Under the pieces are notes generated by a model, which ran no database searches, was not told the origin of the DNA, and saw only the letters and a program-made list of their open reading frames with translations. From Gekko japonicus (Eukaryota), in NCBI RefSeq assembly GCF_001447785.1, contig NW_015172042.1:375279-439278 (forward strand): 64,000 bases of DNA, written 5' to 3'. Below are positions 1 to 12,979 of the stretch, piece by piece (position 1 is the stretch's first letter; every line of letters starts with the position of its first letter). The translations under genes were made by a program, and so were the position numbers.

Positions 1-1990
1 CCTGTCGTGGGAATTTGTACTTCAAAAGCTAAATAGCTGGAGTTGTGGACAAAACTTTTTGACAACGATACGGGCAATATATAATAGACAATACGCCAGT
101 ATAATCATAAATGGGGATACATCCTCTCAAATAGAGATACAGAAAGGAACACGACAGGGTTGCCCCCTCTCACCTTTGTTATTTATATTCGCATTAGAGA
201 CATTAAATAATGAGGTAAGAAAAGATACTAGAATATTAGGCTTGAGAATAAAAGGAGAAGAATTCAAATTATTAGCATTTGCAGATGACATAGTATCCAT
301 TATTGAAGATCCGATAATGTCAAGTCAATATTTATTAAAGATGATACAAGAATTCGGAGAGAAAGCAGGATTAAAAATAAACTTGAAAAAAACTAAAATA
401 ATAACAAAAAATTGTATGGACAAGGTGATCCAAGAATTACAGGAGACAACAAAGATAGAGGTAATGAAGAAAGTCAAGTACTTAGGAATAACATTATCCA
501 ATAGAAACAGTACAATTCTGGAAGATAATTACAATAAATTAATAGAGGAGATTAAGAAAGCTATTTCACGGTGGAAAAATTTACAACTATCTCTAATGGG
601 TAGGATAAATACTATAAAAATGATGGTACTACCAAGATTTTTATTTCTGGCCCAAAACATACCCATACTAAAAAACTCAAAACTTTTTGTAGAAATAGAT
701 AAAGAGGTTAAACAATTTATTTGGCATCTGAAGCATGCAAGAATAAACTTAAAAACACTGCAGAATAGGAAAGAGAGAGGGGGATTTGGACTACCTAATT
801 GGAAACTATATTATCAAGCCGCAGCACTATCTTGGATTAAAGATTGGCTAACCTTAGATAATACCAGAATGTTGAATTTAGAAGGGCATGACCTGAATAT
901 GGGTTGGCATGCCTACATCTGGTATGGGAAGGATAAAATACATTCGAACTTTAAACAACACATGATTAGAGGAGCCTTACTATGAGCATGGAGCGAAATT
1001 AAAGAAAAATATTATAGGAAGACCCCAAAATGGGTATCAACATTAGAGGCGTATATAAAACCTTCCCTGATAAACCTGTGGGATAGAGAAAGCTATCAAA
1101 CATTGTTAGATGAAAATAATAGACTAAAATCAGAAAAAGTACTATTAAAATTGTATAAAATAAAGTTAACATGGTGGGAAGCCATGCAACTTAGACATGA
1201 AAATAGGGTTTCAGGAAGCAATAACACAAATAGATAAGATCTGGTTATCCTCAAGCGATGTTAATTCAGAAATTGTATAGATTCCTATTGGATGAGTTTA
1301 TGCTAGATTAAATGGTTAGCTCAACTATGATAAAATGGATGGAGGATGTAGGTCATGTAATAGATCAATGGTCATGTACATGGAAAACACTGAAATATGA
1401 TAGTGCAACCAACTATAAAGAGAATATTTATAAGGTATATCATAGATGGCATTGGTCACCAGAAAGGATAGCGAAATGTCACCCGTCAGTATTTAAATTA
1501 TGTTGGAAATGTAATAAAAATATAGGGACCTTTTTCCACATGTGGTGGAGATGCGAGAGAGTAGAAAAGTATTGGAAAATGATACAAAAACTCATTACGG
1601 ATATCACGAAGTTGAAAATGGTGTTAACTCCAGAAATAGCCCTATTAAACATGATACCAGAGGATTATAAACAAAACGATAAATACCTACTAACTTATAT
1701 AGTGACCACGGCTGGAATATTAATGGCCAAATATTGGAAAACAGAGATATTCCCAAGAAGGGAGGAAATAATAGCTAAGTTGATGGAAGTAGCAGAAATG
1801 GATAAGCTAACCATAAGCCTTCAAGGAAAAGATAGAAGTGTGTTTAAGAAAAGATGGGAAAGATTGTATAATGGATTTATGAAACGTGGGGAATTTAGAC
1901 TCAGTTGTATAAAAGAATGAATGTATATAACTGTGAATATGAATCATGATACAGGAGGAATGTAATTTTGTAAATAACAACGAATTGTGA
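1..1990 (+). mobile_element. L1-clade LINE, 3' part of ORF2 (RT plus C-terminal Cys/His knuckle) and 3'UTR; disrupted
   Basis: ORF 59-985 has KGTRQGCPLSPLLF, AFADD, KYLGI and RGGFGLP. ORF 1312-1920 has CWKC...HMWWRC. Stops/frameshifts lie between the two ORFs. Confidence 0.93.
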
Positions 1991-2237
1991 AAAGGATAAA
2001 TAATTTTTTTTTTTTTTAAAAATACTGAAATACAACCGTAAATCAACCTTCCTGCAAGGCTCTCAGTTTAGAAACCTGGTTGCGGCTGGAGACTGGGGTC
2101 TGCAGGTCCCGGCACAGAACATTTAGGGAAGGAACAACTCTCCAGGGGACTGGTAGGGTGGGGCCACTGGATGTGAAGGAGCTTGGGTGGTGATATGGTA
2201 CCAAAGGGAAACAATCTGTATATCTAATTCTTGTATC

Positions 2238-2558
2238 CAGAAGTCATTTCGGGGGGGAACGCGGGGGAATGCAGTTCCCCCAGGTGAGGTACGGGGACGG
2301 GGCACATGATGAAGCCCCGCCCCCTGCTTCCGGCCGCCCCGCTTCATTCAGCCAGGAGGAGGCAGGAGAAGAGGGAGGGTAAGTTGCTTCCTCCCTGCCT
2401 CTCCCCACCCCTGCCTGCCTGGGGCCAGGGAGGGCCTTCGCGGGGCTTCCTTGCACTCCCACCGGCCTCATGGGTCCGGTGATGTCAGGGGGTGTGGCAT
2501 ATGCTAATGAGTTATGCTAATGAGTTCCCCTAGCTCTTTTTCTACGAAATGACCCCTG
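2238..2558 (-). mobile_element. Non-autonomous hAT-type MITE (CAGGGGTCATTTC TIR family)
   Basis: Termini cagaagtcatttc...gaaatgacccctg. Perfect 8-bp TSD cttgtatc at 2230-2237 and 2559-2566. Confidence 0.9.
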
Positions 2559-2820
2559 CTTGTATCTATATTGAAGTGGCCAAGGAGGACCCTGGGAGAG
2601 TGACTCCTGCTTAAACAAGTAAGGGATCCCCTGGTCTGAGGCCACGGAATGTATGTATTTATTTACTGAATTTGTTAACCGCCCTTCCCAGTAGAATCAG
2701 GCTCAGGGCAATGTACAACATAATCAGATAAAACATTGCATATAACAATTTAAAATCAGGGTAAAACAATATAACATCATAACCAATCTGATCAATCCAG
2801 TAATCTAATTAGCTATTTGC

Positions 2821-3378
2821 TGTTGTTGTTCAGTCGCACAGTCGAGTCTGACTCTTCATGACCCCATGGACCACATCACGCCAGGCCCTCCTATCTTCTG
2901 TTGTGCTCTGGAGTTTGCTTAATTTCATGTTTGTTGCATCGATAACACTGTCTAACCATCTCATCCTTTGCCATCACCTCCTTCTTTAACCTTCAATCTT
3001 TCCCAGCATCAAGGTCTTCTCCAGTGAGTGCCACCTTCTCATTTGGTGGCCAAAATATTTGAGCTTCAGCTTCAGTATCTGGCCTTCCAGGGAACAGTCA
3101 GGGTTGATTTCTTTTAGGATTGACTGATTTGATCTCCTTGCAGTCCAGGGGACTCTCAAGAGTCTTCTCCAGCACCATAATTCGAAAGCATCTATTCTTC
3201 GGCGGTCGACTCTCCTTATAGTCCAACTCTCGCAGGCATACTGGGAATACCATTGCTTTGACCATATGGACTTTTGTTGGCACAGTGATGTCTCTACTTA
3301 TTATTACACTGTCTAGGTTTGCCATCGCCTTTCTCCCAAGGAGCAGGCATCTTTTAATTTCATGAATGCAGTCACCAT
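2821..3378 (-). mobile_element. RTE-BovB LINE, 5'-truncated 3' end
   Basis: ORF 3098-3325 has SRDITVPTKVHMVKAMVFP. (CAA)n tail at 2821-2830 on the minus strand. Similar to the copy at 39298-40478. Confidence 0.92.
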
Positions 3379-3379
3379 G

Positions 3380-3933
3380 CTAAAATCTTAATAGTGCTGC
3401 TGTCTCATGGGGGAAGCGACCGGGAAGAGGATGGGAGTGCCAAGACGAGACCATCGCTGTCCTCAACCAAACGCCTGGCGGAACATCTCTGCCTTGCATG
3501 CCCTGTGGAATTTTAGTATATCCTGCAGGGCATGGATGTTATTCAGAAGAGAGTTCCACCAGGTTGGAGCCAGGGCAGAGAAAGCCCTGCCTCTGGTCAA
3601 GGACAATTGGACATCTTTCAAGCCAGGGACCACCAATAAATTCTGATCTCTCAAGCGTAACACTCATATGGCTTGGTGTATTGGTTAAGTGCACGGACTC
3701 TATTCTGGGAGAACCGGGTTTGATTCCTCACTCCTCCACTTGCACCTGCTGGATGACCTTGGGCAAGCCATAGTTCTGATAAGAGCTGTTCTTGAAAAAG
3801 AGCAGTTTCTGTCAGAGCTCTCTTAGCCCCACCTACCTCACAGGGTGTCTGTTGTGGGGAGGGGAAGAGAAAGGAGTTTCTAAGCCGCTCTGAGACTCCT
3901 TTGGGTAGTGAAGGGTGGAGTTTAAATCCAATC

Positions 3934-3964
<31 letters not shown>

Positions 3965-4560
3965 TTTCTGTGGGTATACTAGGAGAGGCAGACCCGAAGG
4001 TATGTAGTTCCCTGGCCTTAAAGGTCAACACCATAACCTTGAATCTGATCTGGTACTTCACCGGAAGCTAATGCAGTTCAGGCAGCACCAGATGGATATG
4101 TGCTGAGCATGGTGTCCCTGTAAGAACTCGGGCTGCTGCATTTTGTACCAGTTGGAGTTTCCAGGTCAGCCCCAAGGGTAGGCCCACATAGAGTGAGTTA
4201 CAGTAATCCAATATGGAGGTGACCATTGCATGGATTACAGTGGCTAGGTCAAGGTGAGACAGGAACAGGGCTAGTTGCCTAGCCTGGCACAGATGAAAGA
4301 ATGCCAGTCTGGTAACATTTGTGACCTGGGCCTCCATTGTTAAGGAGGCATCCAGGTCACACCCAGACTCCTAATGACAGGTGCTGGTTCCAGAAGCATT
4401 CCATCAAGGGCTGCGAGTTGATACCCCACGTCTTAATCTCCTTCATCCAGCCATAGTACCTCTACCTTAGAAGGATTCTGTCTCAGCCAGCCCAGTTTTA
4501 ACCATCCCACCACAGCCCCCAACCCCTCTGCAAGATTGTCTGGGGTGGTACCTGGTGCCA
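3380..4560 (-). mobile_element. L2 LINE remnant (ORF2 C-terminal part) interrupted by a SINE; its 3' tail probably continues at about 2650-2820
   Basis: ORFs contain LDYCNSLYVGLP, LQLVQNAAARVLTG and GRAFSALAPTWWNSL...KAEMFRQAF. Confidence 0.88.
3668..3965 (+). mobile_element. tRNA-derived CORE-type SINE (Squam3-like)
   Basis: tRNA-like head ggtgtattggttaag...gggtttgattcc and (TTC)n tail. Near-identical copies at 29735, 33315, 37578 and 49061. Confidence 0.85.
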
Positions 4561-4689
4561 TGCTGGTGCAAAAGAACTTTTAAAGATACCTGTTTTTCAT
4601 ATATCAGAAACTGTGATACATGCATCTAGAACCGATGAGCACACCAACAGAAGGAGAAGGGGTGGCAAGTCCTTTAAGCGGTACACATA

Positions 4690-5400
4690 GGATTGCCAAC
4701 TTCAGGTTGTACTCCGAGCCTGGTACAGATGGAAAATGCCAGCCTGGCAATAAGTGCGACTTGGGCCTCCATATTCAAGGAAGCATCCAAGATCACTCCC
4801 AAACTCTTAATGGACTGCACCAATATCAGTGGCACCCCATCAAGAGTGGGCACCCTGTGCCCCAGTTCTGAAACACCTGCCCCCCCCCCAGCCACAGAAC
4901 CTCGGTTGGATTCAGTTTCAATCTTCTTTGTTTTAGCCACCCAATCACGGCCTCCAAACCCGCAACCAAATTATGTGGGGTGGCATCTGGGTGGCCATCC
5001 AATAACAGATACAGCTGATGACATCCAAGCTCAAAACTCTGCACCAGCTGGGTGAGAAGACACATGCAAATGTTAAATAATATCAGGGAGAGAAGCCACC
5101 CCTGAGGGACCCCACGTGTTAAGGGGTATCTAGAGGACACACTCTCACTCAGTGCAACCCTCTCTCCCTGACCTTGGAGAAAGGAGGTAAGCCATTGAAG
5201 GGCTAACCCCCAAACTCCTATGTCAGCAAGGCAGTGGGTCAAAAGATCATAACCAACCATGTTGAATGCTGCCATATGATCGAATAACAATAGCAGTGCC
5301 AAACCGCCTCAATCCAGCTGTGTGCAGAGATCATCTGTCAGGGCAACCAACACCATTTCCATCCCATGACCGGGTTGGAAGCCAGATTGGAAAGGGTCCA
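4690..5400 (-). mobile_element. L2 LINE RT remnant
   Basis: ORF 4826-5302 has AAFNMV, GVPQG and KLNPTEVL. Confidence 0.85.
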
Positions 5401-5842
5401 TTCTTAACAGACCATATCTAATTCCAGATGCCTAGTTTCATTGTAGTTTAATATTGCCGCTGCCCCCCCCCCAGGGAATGGTGAAGGTTTCCCTTTCTTC
5501 TTCAATAGCATTTCTTTCAATACATTGCAAGTGGGAAACCAGCCATGGATGTGGCTAGACTGTTAAAATGTCCTTGGGATAAGAGGAAAGGTCCTGTTAC
5601 AGATCAGTAACTTGTTAAAGAACAGAAAGCAAAAGTAAGTATAAATGATCTGGAGTCAACAGTGAGCAGTTTCTGGGTGACATCAATTTATTCAAGATGA
5701 TGAAACCTGAAACATACTGCAAAGCATTCTAAAAACATATCACCAGACTGAGTGAATGGGCAACAGAATAGCAAATGAGGTTCAGCGTAAGCAAGTGTAA
5801 AGCTATGATCAGGAGACAAAGGACTCCTAACTACACATTCAC

Positions 5843-6168
5843 TAGGGCTGCCAATTCCCCCCGGGGGGCGGATTCCCCCCCCCGCTTTGGAGGCCCGATT
5901 TCCACCGCCGCGGAATTGGGCCCCGGGGGAAACCCCACCCCGGCGTGCACGTCAGCCGGAGGTGACGTGCTGACGCCGGGCATGCTGGGGGCGGGGCCAC
6001 AGCCATCTGAGGGGAAAACTATGTTTTCCCCTCAAATGGCTGTGGCCCCGTCCCCAGCATGCCCGGCGTCAGCACATCACCTCCGGCTGATGTGCATGCA
6101 GCATGTGCGCACAGAAAACGCCGTCCAGGAGCCCCCCGCCGCAGAGAAAAAGGTATTTGGCAACCCTA
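5843..6168. mobile_element. hAT-type MITE (TAGGGTTGCCA TIR family), GC-rich
   Basis: tagggctgccaa...ttggcaacccta. Perfect 8-bp TSD acattcac. Confidence 0.92.
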
Positions 6169-6379
6169 ACATTCACTGATGAGATCTGAATGGCAAGAAA
6201 AGGATCTTCAAGTAAAGGTCAATATTTAATAAAAATGATCCTCTGTATGTGGTAGCAATAAAGGAGCTATGTTCCATTCTAGGAGTTACTAGCAAAGAGA
6301 CTGAAAATAAGAGAGTCCTGTTTTCTAATACATTTTTAATATGGTATAATACAACAGTATTTAGATTGCTGTGTACTGG

Positions 6380-6541
6380 CTATGAAGAATGTGCTGTCTA
6401 GGTACAACTGACTCATGAGCAGAGGTGGTCTGTCATTGCCCTCCTCTGAATAGCAAGCCTGGTCTTCCTTGGTACTCTCCTATCCAAGTACTAACCTTGG
6501 CCAACCCTGATGAGCTCAGGCTAAGTTTGGCCTATTCAGGC
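6380..6541 (-). mobile_element. Degraded 5S rRNA-derived SINE
   Basis: Minus strand has ggttagtacttggataggaga (5S internal promoter region). 13-bp TSD tgctgtgtactgg. Confidence 0.7.
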
Positions 6542-7245
6542 TGCTGTGTACTGGTTACTCCAACTCAAAGAGAATAACTGTAGAACTGGAAATGGTGCAG
6601 AAAAGGGCAAATCAAATGAAGAAAGCCCTTGGGCCTTTTTTGTTTAGGAAAAAAGACAACAAAAAGGAATATGATAGAGGCTTATAAAATTATGCATGTT
6701 TTGTCGAAACTGGATAGAAAGGGAACTTTCTTTCTCTGTCAGAATACTCGAGTTTGGGAGGTCACTCTATGGAACTGATTGGACACTGAGGACAGAAAAA
6801 AAGAAGTAATTTTTCACACAATTAATGAATGGAATCCACTATCAAAACAGTCCCATTTACAAACACAGATAATTAGACAAGTTCATGGAGGATACATCTG
6901 TCAGTCGCTATTAGCCATGAGAGATGAATGGAAGTTCAGTGTTCAGACACAGGGTACCTCTGAGTACAGGTTGCAAGGCAGAAGACAAAGAGCAGCCCTT
7001 CTTCAGGCTTCCCAGAATCACCTGCTTGGCTACTGTTAGAAACAGGATGCTTGACCTTTGGTCTCATCCAGTAGGGCTCTTCAAGTTCTGTCCTGGGGAG
7101 ATACTGAAACATTTCCCAGGTCCTGTTTATTGCATATTTTAATGTAGCCATATTATTCATATCCACAGTTGGGATTTATGTCTCTGTGCTGGTGAAATTT
7201 ATGCCTTCCCCTACCCTTTTCTTAATTTGTTTTCAGAGATCCAGT

Positions 7246-7735
7246 TAGGGTTGCCAATCCCAGTTGGGGGCAGGGGATCCCCTAGTTTGAAGCCCCTTCC
7301 CCTGCTTCATGGCTGTCAGAAAGCAGGGGGGAATGGCTGCTGGGCTCCATTATACCCTATAGAGACCGGTCCCCATAGCATATAATGGAGAATCAATCCA
7401 TGGTTATCTGGAGCTCAGGGGGGCATTTTTGAGGTAGACACACTAAATTTTCAGCATAGCTGATGGTGCCTCTCCTGAAAAACCCCCCACAAGTTTCAGA
7501 AAGATTGGAACAGGTGGTCCAATTCTATGAACCCTAAAATAAGGTGCCCCCATCCTCCATTATTTCCAATGGAGGGAAAGCATTTAAAAGGAATGTGGTC
7601 TCTTTAAATGTGATGACCAGAACTCCCTTCAGAGTTCAAGCACCTAGTGACATCACAAAAGTGATGTCACATCCTGGCTTCTGGCTTTACCCCCAAAGTC
7701 CCCAGATATTTCCTGAATCAGACCTAGCAACCCTA
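7246..7735. mobile_element. hAT-type MITE (TAGGGTTGCCA family)
   Basis: tagggttgcca...tagcaacccta. TSD gatccagt/gatctact. Confidence 0.85.
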
Positions 7736-8798
7736 GATCTACTTTTGTTTACTGAAGACACCCTTGTGGTACAGAAATGAATGAACAATCACCCCAGCAT
7801 AAAGGGCTAATGGAACACAGAATGCTTACAACAAGAGTAATTAGCCATGTTGTTCAAAATAAACATGTGTGCAGTGTACTGCTAAAAGGCAACAGGAAGT
7901 GGGGAACATAAGGCCAGAGCAGAAACAAATTGTGAAATTGTTACCAGCAGCAATGTTAATTTGTCATAGTAAATGCAGGAAATTCCATAAAGCCTACCGT
8001 TTCAACAAATCTTTTGCATTTGGAGAAACATTTTGTTAGAAATCACCAAGAACATCAATAAATCACTTCAGAAAAGAAGTGAGGAGAGTTGCCTGTATTC
8101 AAAGGTTTGCCACAAAGGTTTTTGACAGCTTTCTTGGCATCTCATAAACATGCCAGCTTCTCACATTTATATACCAAACACTAGCCCATCCTCCTTAAGA
8201 ACCAAATATTACTCCCACATACTGGTTCTCTGCCTTTCACTCCAAAGCAGGATGGAAAAGCTCTGGAAAGAGAAAGCACAAAGTGCCTTGGTCCCAAATC
8301 AAAATGTGCACAAGGGGAATTAAGAGCAACAACGGTTGGCAGGCTTTGAAGAATCGGATGATGGAGGTTTCCATCAGAGAATATGGGAAGCAATTGCTGT
8401 TAGGCAGTACGACAAGATAGAATGTATTTAAAGATAGAGGAGATGCATTTGGATTAGTTACCAGGAAACACAAGCAAATCATAAAAAACAGCCATCCAGT
8501 GGAGGATGTTTACTAAGAAAATTATAAAGCAAACTTTTAAAAAAGAACAGAATAATGCTCCAGTTGACGTGGCTGGTATGTACTGAAATACTGTCTTGGA
8601 ATTTTGTATTTACCATCCCTTCTTACTTTGATTAATAGTAAAAAATTGTAAATTCATAGAGGACAATGGTGAAGATATCATAACTCATCTCTCAACTATG
8701 CCCTTAACAGAGTTTTGGGAGAGTATTAACATTTTCACTTGCCTGAGGATAGTTGTTCAAGTTATACCTCTAGTAAATTTGCTTGTGTATATAGAGGA

Positions 8799-9370
8799 GG
8801 AGAAGGAAATGGCAACCCACTCCAGTATCTTTGCCAAGAAAACCCCATGGAGGTATTCCCAGTAGTCATGTATGGCTGCGAGAGCTGGACTATAAGGAGA
8901 GCCAACCACCGAAGAATAGATTCTTTTGAACTATGGTGCTGGAGAAGACTCTTGAGAGTCCCTTGGACTGCAAGAAGATCAAATCAGTCAATCCTAAAAG
9001 AAGTCAACCCTGACTGTTCCCTGGAAGGCTGGATAATGAAACTGAAGCTCAAATACTTTGGCCACCAAATGAGAAGGGAGCACTCACTGGAGAAGACCCT
9101 GATGCTGGGAAAGATTGAAGGTCAAAGAAGACGGGGACGGCAAAGGATGAGATGGTTGGACAGTGTCATAGATGCAACGAACATGAAATGGAGCAAACTT
9201 CAGAGGACGGCGGAAGACAGGAAGGCCTGGCGTGATCTGATGCTGGAAAAGATTGAAGGTCAAAGAAGACGGGGACGGCAAAGGATGAGATGGTTAGACA
9301 GTGTCATCGATGCAATGAACATGAAACTGAGAAAACTTCAGAGGACGGCGGAAGACTGAACAACAACAAC
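8799..9370 (+). mobile_element. Internally deleted (bipartite) BovB derivative with internal 138-bp duplication
   Basis: ggagaaggaaatggcaacccactccagt head joined to VFPVVMYGCESW-coding sequence. (CAA)n tail. TSD atagagga at 8791-8798 and 9371-9378. Confidence 0.9.
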
Positions 9371-9964
9371 ATAGAGGATTAAATAATGAAAAGTCACCTT
9401 ATATAGCAGCCCAATTTGTACATGTGCTATCTAAACATTATAATTATGCTTCTAAAAGCAAGGGAGTGGTACATTTTTAAGATAAGACTCTTGCATCCTT
9501 TAGGAAAGCTTTAAGAAACATTCTTTGGGAAGCTTTAAGAAACATCCTTTAGGAAAGCTTAATTCTCACTTAATTTAAAATATGTGTGAGTGTGTACTTG
9601 CTTGGAAATACTGGAGGATATACAATCAAATATTATGTTGGGTTACTGACTTTAGGTAGACTGAAGAATGTCAAACCAGAATCCTTGGGCTATTCTGAAA
9701 AGTATAGATTCATTACTGCAGATGGATCTGTACCACAATGTTTAAGCAGTCTGTACCCTGAAGCTTCCTCTGGCTTGTGACAAAAAGACAGGTGCCAGCT
9801 ATACAGCCTCGTTCTTCCTCCCTTGCTTCACAGATTTAGAGGTATTTAGGGATAAAACGGGCTCATTTGTATGAATTATCAGAGTTCTGCCTCTACATAT
9901 ATGTCATTACCTACCCAAAAAATTGATGCTATTGTGAGATCTGTAGGCTTTCTAGGAATAGAGA

Positions 9965-10510
9965 CACATTTATTTATTTATTTATTTACTTACTTATTTA
10001 TTTTGACTCATATCCCACCCTCCCCGCATGGCAGGCTCAGGGTGGGTTACATCAAATTTGATGAAAATACAATATACACAATTAAAACACTAGTAAAATA
10101 CCACAATGGCCTTCATCCGGTGCCATTGTCATTAAAACACTAGTAAAATACCACAATGGCCTTCATCCAGTGCCATTGTCATTGACATTAAAACCTCACA
10201 GATGCCAACTCTGGTATGCAGTTCTGACCCACTGAAGGGAGGCCCAGTAAAGAGGGAGGGACATCCATCACCCTAGTTAAAAGCCTGATGGAAGAGTTCC
10301 ATCTTGCAGGCCCTGCAGAACTGTAAAAGGTCCCACTGGGCCCTGATCTCATATGAGAGCTCATTCCACCAAGGTAGGGGCCAGGGCGGAAAAGGCCCTG
10401 ACCCTAGTTGAGGCGAGGCGGACGTCCCTGGGGTCAGGGACCACGAGAAGATGTTGACTGGCAGATTGTAAAGGCCTTCGGGGATCATAGAGGGAGAGGC
10501 AGTCTCCCAG
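9965..10510 (-). mobile_element. L2 LINE 3' end
   Basis: (TTTA)n tail on plus. ORF 10273-10488 has WWNEL...CKMELFHQAF. Confidence 0.82.
10081..10180. repeat. 50-bp tandem duplication
   Basis: attaaaacactag...tgccattgtc occurs twice with 1 mismatch. Confidence 0.95.
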
Positions 10511-11004
10511 ATGAAGCTGCCTTGTAGTGAATCAGACCATTGGGTCTATCAAGGTTAAAATTATCTACTCTGACTGGCGGCAGCTCTCCAAGGTTGCCTC
10601 TTAACTGATCCTTTTAATTAGAGGAACTGCCAGGGACTGCAGCTTCCAGCCCTGGGCAGGTACCTGTGCACTGACCTTCCCTGCCAGCAATGGAAGGCAA
10701 CATGAGGGCAGCCAACAACCTCTGCACATTTTTGTGGGCTTGGGAGAGAGAACCAATTTGAAAAATCCAAGCTGTTCCTGCATTCCTCCAGGGTCTCACA
10801 CACCCATACTGACCTTTCTCTGTATGGACCCACTTCTGCCTTCTGCCTGCTTTTCTAGCCAACTCATCTGCTTTCTAGCTAGCTACTCTCTTTATTATTA
10901 TGGGGAGAGTGATAATTATTAGATATCGCTGGAGTTCATTCATTTCAGAAACATATTTATAGTAACAAAACTAGTATTTATTGGTCTAACTGAGAGCTGG
11001 GTTC

Positions 11005-11223
11005 TAGGGTTGCCAAGCCTGGGTTGGAAAATACCTGGAGACTTTGGGGGTGGAGCCAGGAGAGGGTGTGGTTTGGGGAGGGGAGGGGCCTCAGCATGGT
11101 AGGATGTCATAGAGCCCACCCTTTAAAGCAGCCATTTTCTCCAGGGGAGCTGATCTCTGTCAGCTGGGGATCAGTGGTAAAAGCGGGAGATCCCCAGGCC
11201 CCACCTGGAGGCTGACAACCCTA
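11005..11223. mobile_element. hAT-type MITE (TAGGGTTGCCA family)
   Basis: TIRs plus perfect TSD ctgggttc. Confidence 0.92.
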
Positions 11224-12635
11224 CTGGGTTCACATACAAACTAACCAAACTACACTTGCGGCCTTCAGACTATGAGGGGCCTTATGTACATAATGTTTCT
11301 ATTGGGGTTAGGGCTACGTGGCCTCTTCCCTTGATATAATTTAGGGATTCAGCATGTCTTAATCCAGCCCAGGTTTTACTGTGTTCCTTCCAAACACGCT
11401 AACCCAAAGAGTCGGGAGGCAATGGAATACTCCTGAGATTCCCACCTCAACCAAGAACTGTATAGCAATTGGTGACTGCTGATATAATTAATAACTCCTT
11501 GTTCCAATAATTGTAAACCCCATTGTGATTAGAACAGTTCCTTTCAGTCAAAGCAAGGAAGGCTTATATGTGCTACTTGTTACTGGAACTCTTTAGATAG
11601 GAAGCTGATTTTAAGTGTGTAGAAACACCCTATGTTTATCTCCCCCTATCATCCTTCTTTGTCACAATAAGGAATCTGGTAATTGCCATTTTCTGTCGCA
11701 GCCATACATTTAATATGTAGCTCCAGCTCTAAAACAACTGTTTAAAAAAACCAAATTTCAGCAGTGATCCAGTACCTGGATCAGGATGATTCATATTGTT
11801 TAGAAAAGCTCTGGTTTCTGCACAGCCTACCCAGTGATAGGACAAAGAGGCTAAAGTGACTGGCAGACAATTCAGATCTTCTGTATGGCATTTTTCAAGG
11901 GAGAGGGAGCATCAGAGACAGTGACATGGCTATCATGGTGGCACTTTGACTGTGAAGCTCCCTTCCCTGGGTGCCCAACAAATGCTAAACAAAAGATCTC
12001 TTTATTCATTCAGGGTTTGGGTTGATTTAGGTTGTGTCTAGGTCTTCTCCTTGTTTTTGGTATGCTTTTGCTCATTTTTAGAAATGGAACAGTTTAGTCC
12101 TTTTTTGTATACTTTTGGTCATTTTTAGAAATGAAATAGTTTAACTGCTGTACATTACTTCTTATTGCTGGTTATTTATTGAATTGTTTTAAATGTTGAA
12201 TTCATGTAAAAGCCAACTGAGAAAGCTTCAATTGAGAGGTAAGCCTTTCAAATAACTAATATGCTCCTCCATTATCATCCATCCCTGAGACATACCACAA
12301 GATGCTCATCAGGACAACAGTAATATGGGGGGGGGGAATCACTAGTTAATTTTCCCTCCCTGTGTATGGATACACCTTCTGATGGCAGTTTAAGATTGGG
12401 GAAATGTGTAATAGGAAGTTGGCCAAAAGAACAAGATTTAGAAAGTAATATCTAGTGGAAGAAGTAATATTGTCCTTTGAAATAATGGGAACAAACAAGG
12501 AATATTAAGTTGGCACAGTACTTAAATATAAGGACTTTTCAACTTATCAAGTTCATACTTCAAGATGTGACCAAATGACATGTTGTATAGATGATATTCT
12601 GAGAAAAGGCCTCTTTACCATCCTACAACAATTCA

Positions 12636-12979
12636 ATAGGTTGCCAGGCAGAGCCTGGCAGCCAGTAGGAATGCTAAGACTGAGGACATGGGGGTGTAAC
12701 ATCATCAATGTGACCAACGTTACTATGTTACTATGAATACTACTATGAATAGCTTTAGGAATCTCCTGAATCTCCTCTATGGTTTTACCATAAAGTTTCC
12801 AGAGATTCCTAGAGCCATCCATTGTAACTTCCAGGTTGTACCCAGAAGTGATATACCAGCACAGAGAACACTAGCGGGTTGTAAAAATATTTTTCTCCTA
12901 CTGCTGCTCAGAGAGGCAGCAAGCACTGGAGGCAATTGGTGGGAAACTTTCTGCCATAGAGGGAAGCCGGGCAACCTTA
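12636..12979. mobile_element. Degraded hAT-type MITE (TAGGGTTGCCA family)
   Basis: taggttgcca...ggcaacctta. Interior resembles the copies near 16852, 28330 and 34150. Confidence 0.7.

Larger units (their letters stand above)
5540..7090 (+). mobile_element. Old, degraded CR1 LINE 3' region carrying nested insertions
   Basis: Remnants of WQMRFSVSKCK, gtgcagaaaagggcaa and tataaaattatgcatg, plus a CR1-like 3'UTR. Similar to 52669-53940. Confidence 0.7.

Noticed and set aside
59-985. RT ORFs (also 39173, 52780, 54719) as a novel retron/DGR-like system
   Set aside because: Motifs, tails and TSDs identify them as ordinary L1, BovB, CR1 and L2 LINE fragments.
9493-9560. CRISPR-like repeat array
   Set aside because: A simple minisatellite of about 24 bp without spacers, in eukaryotic DNA.
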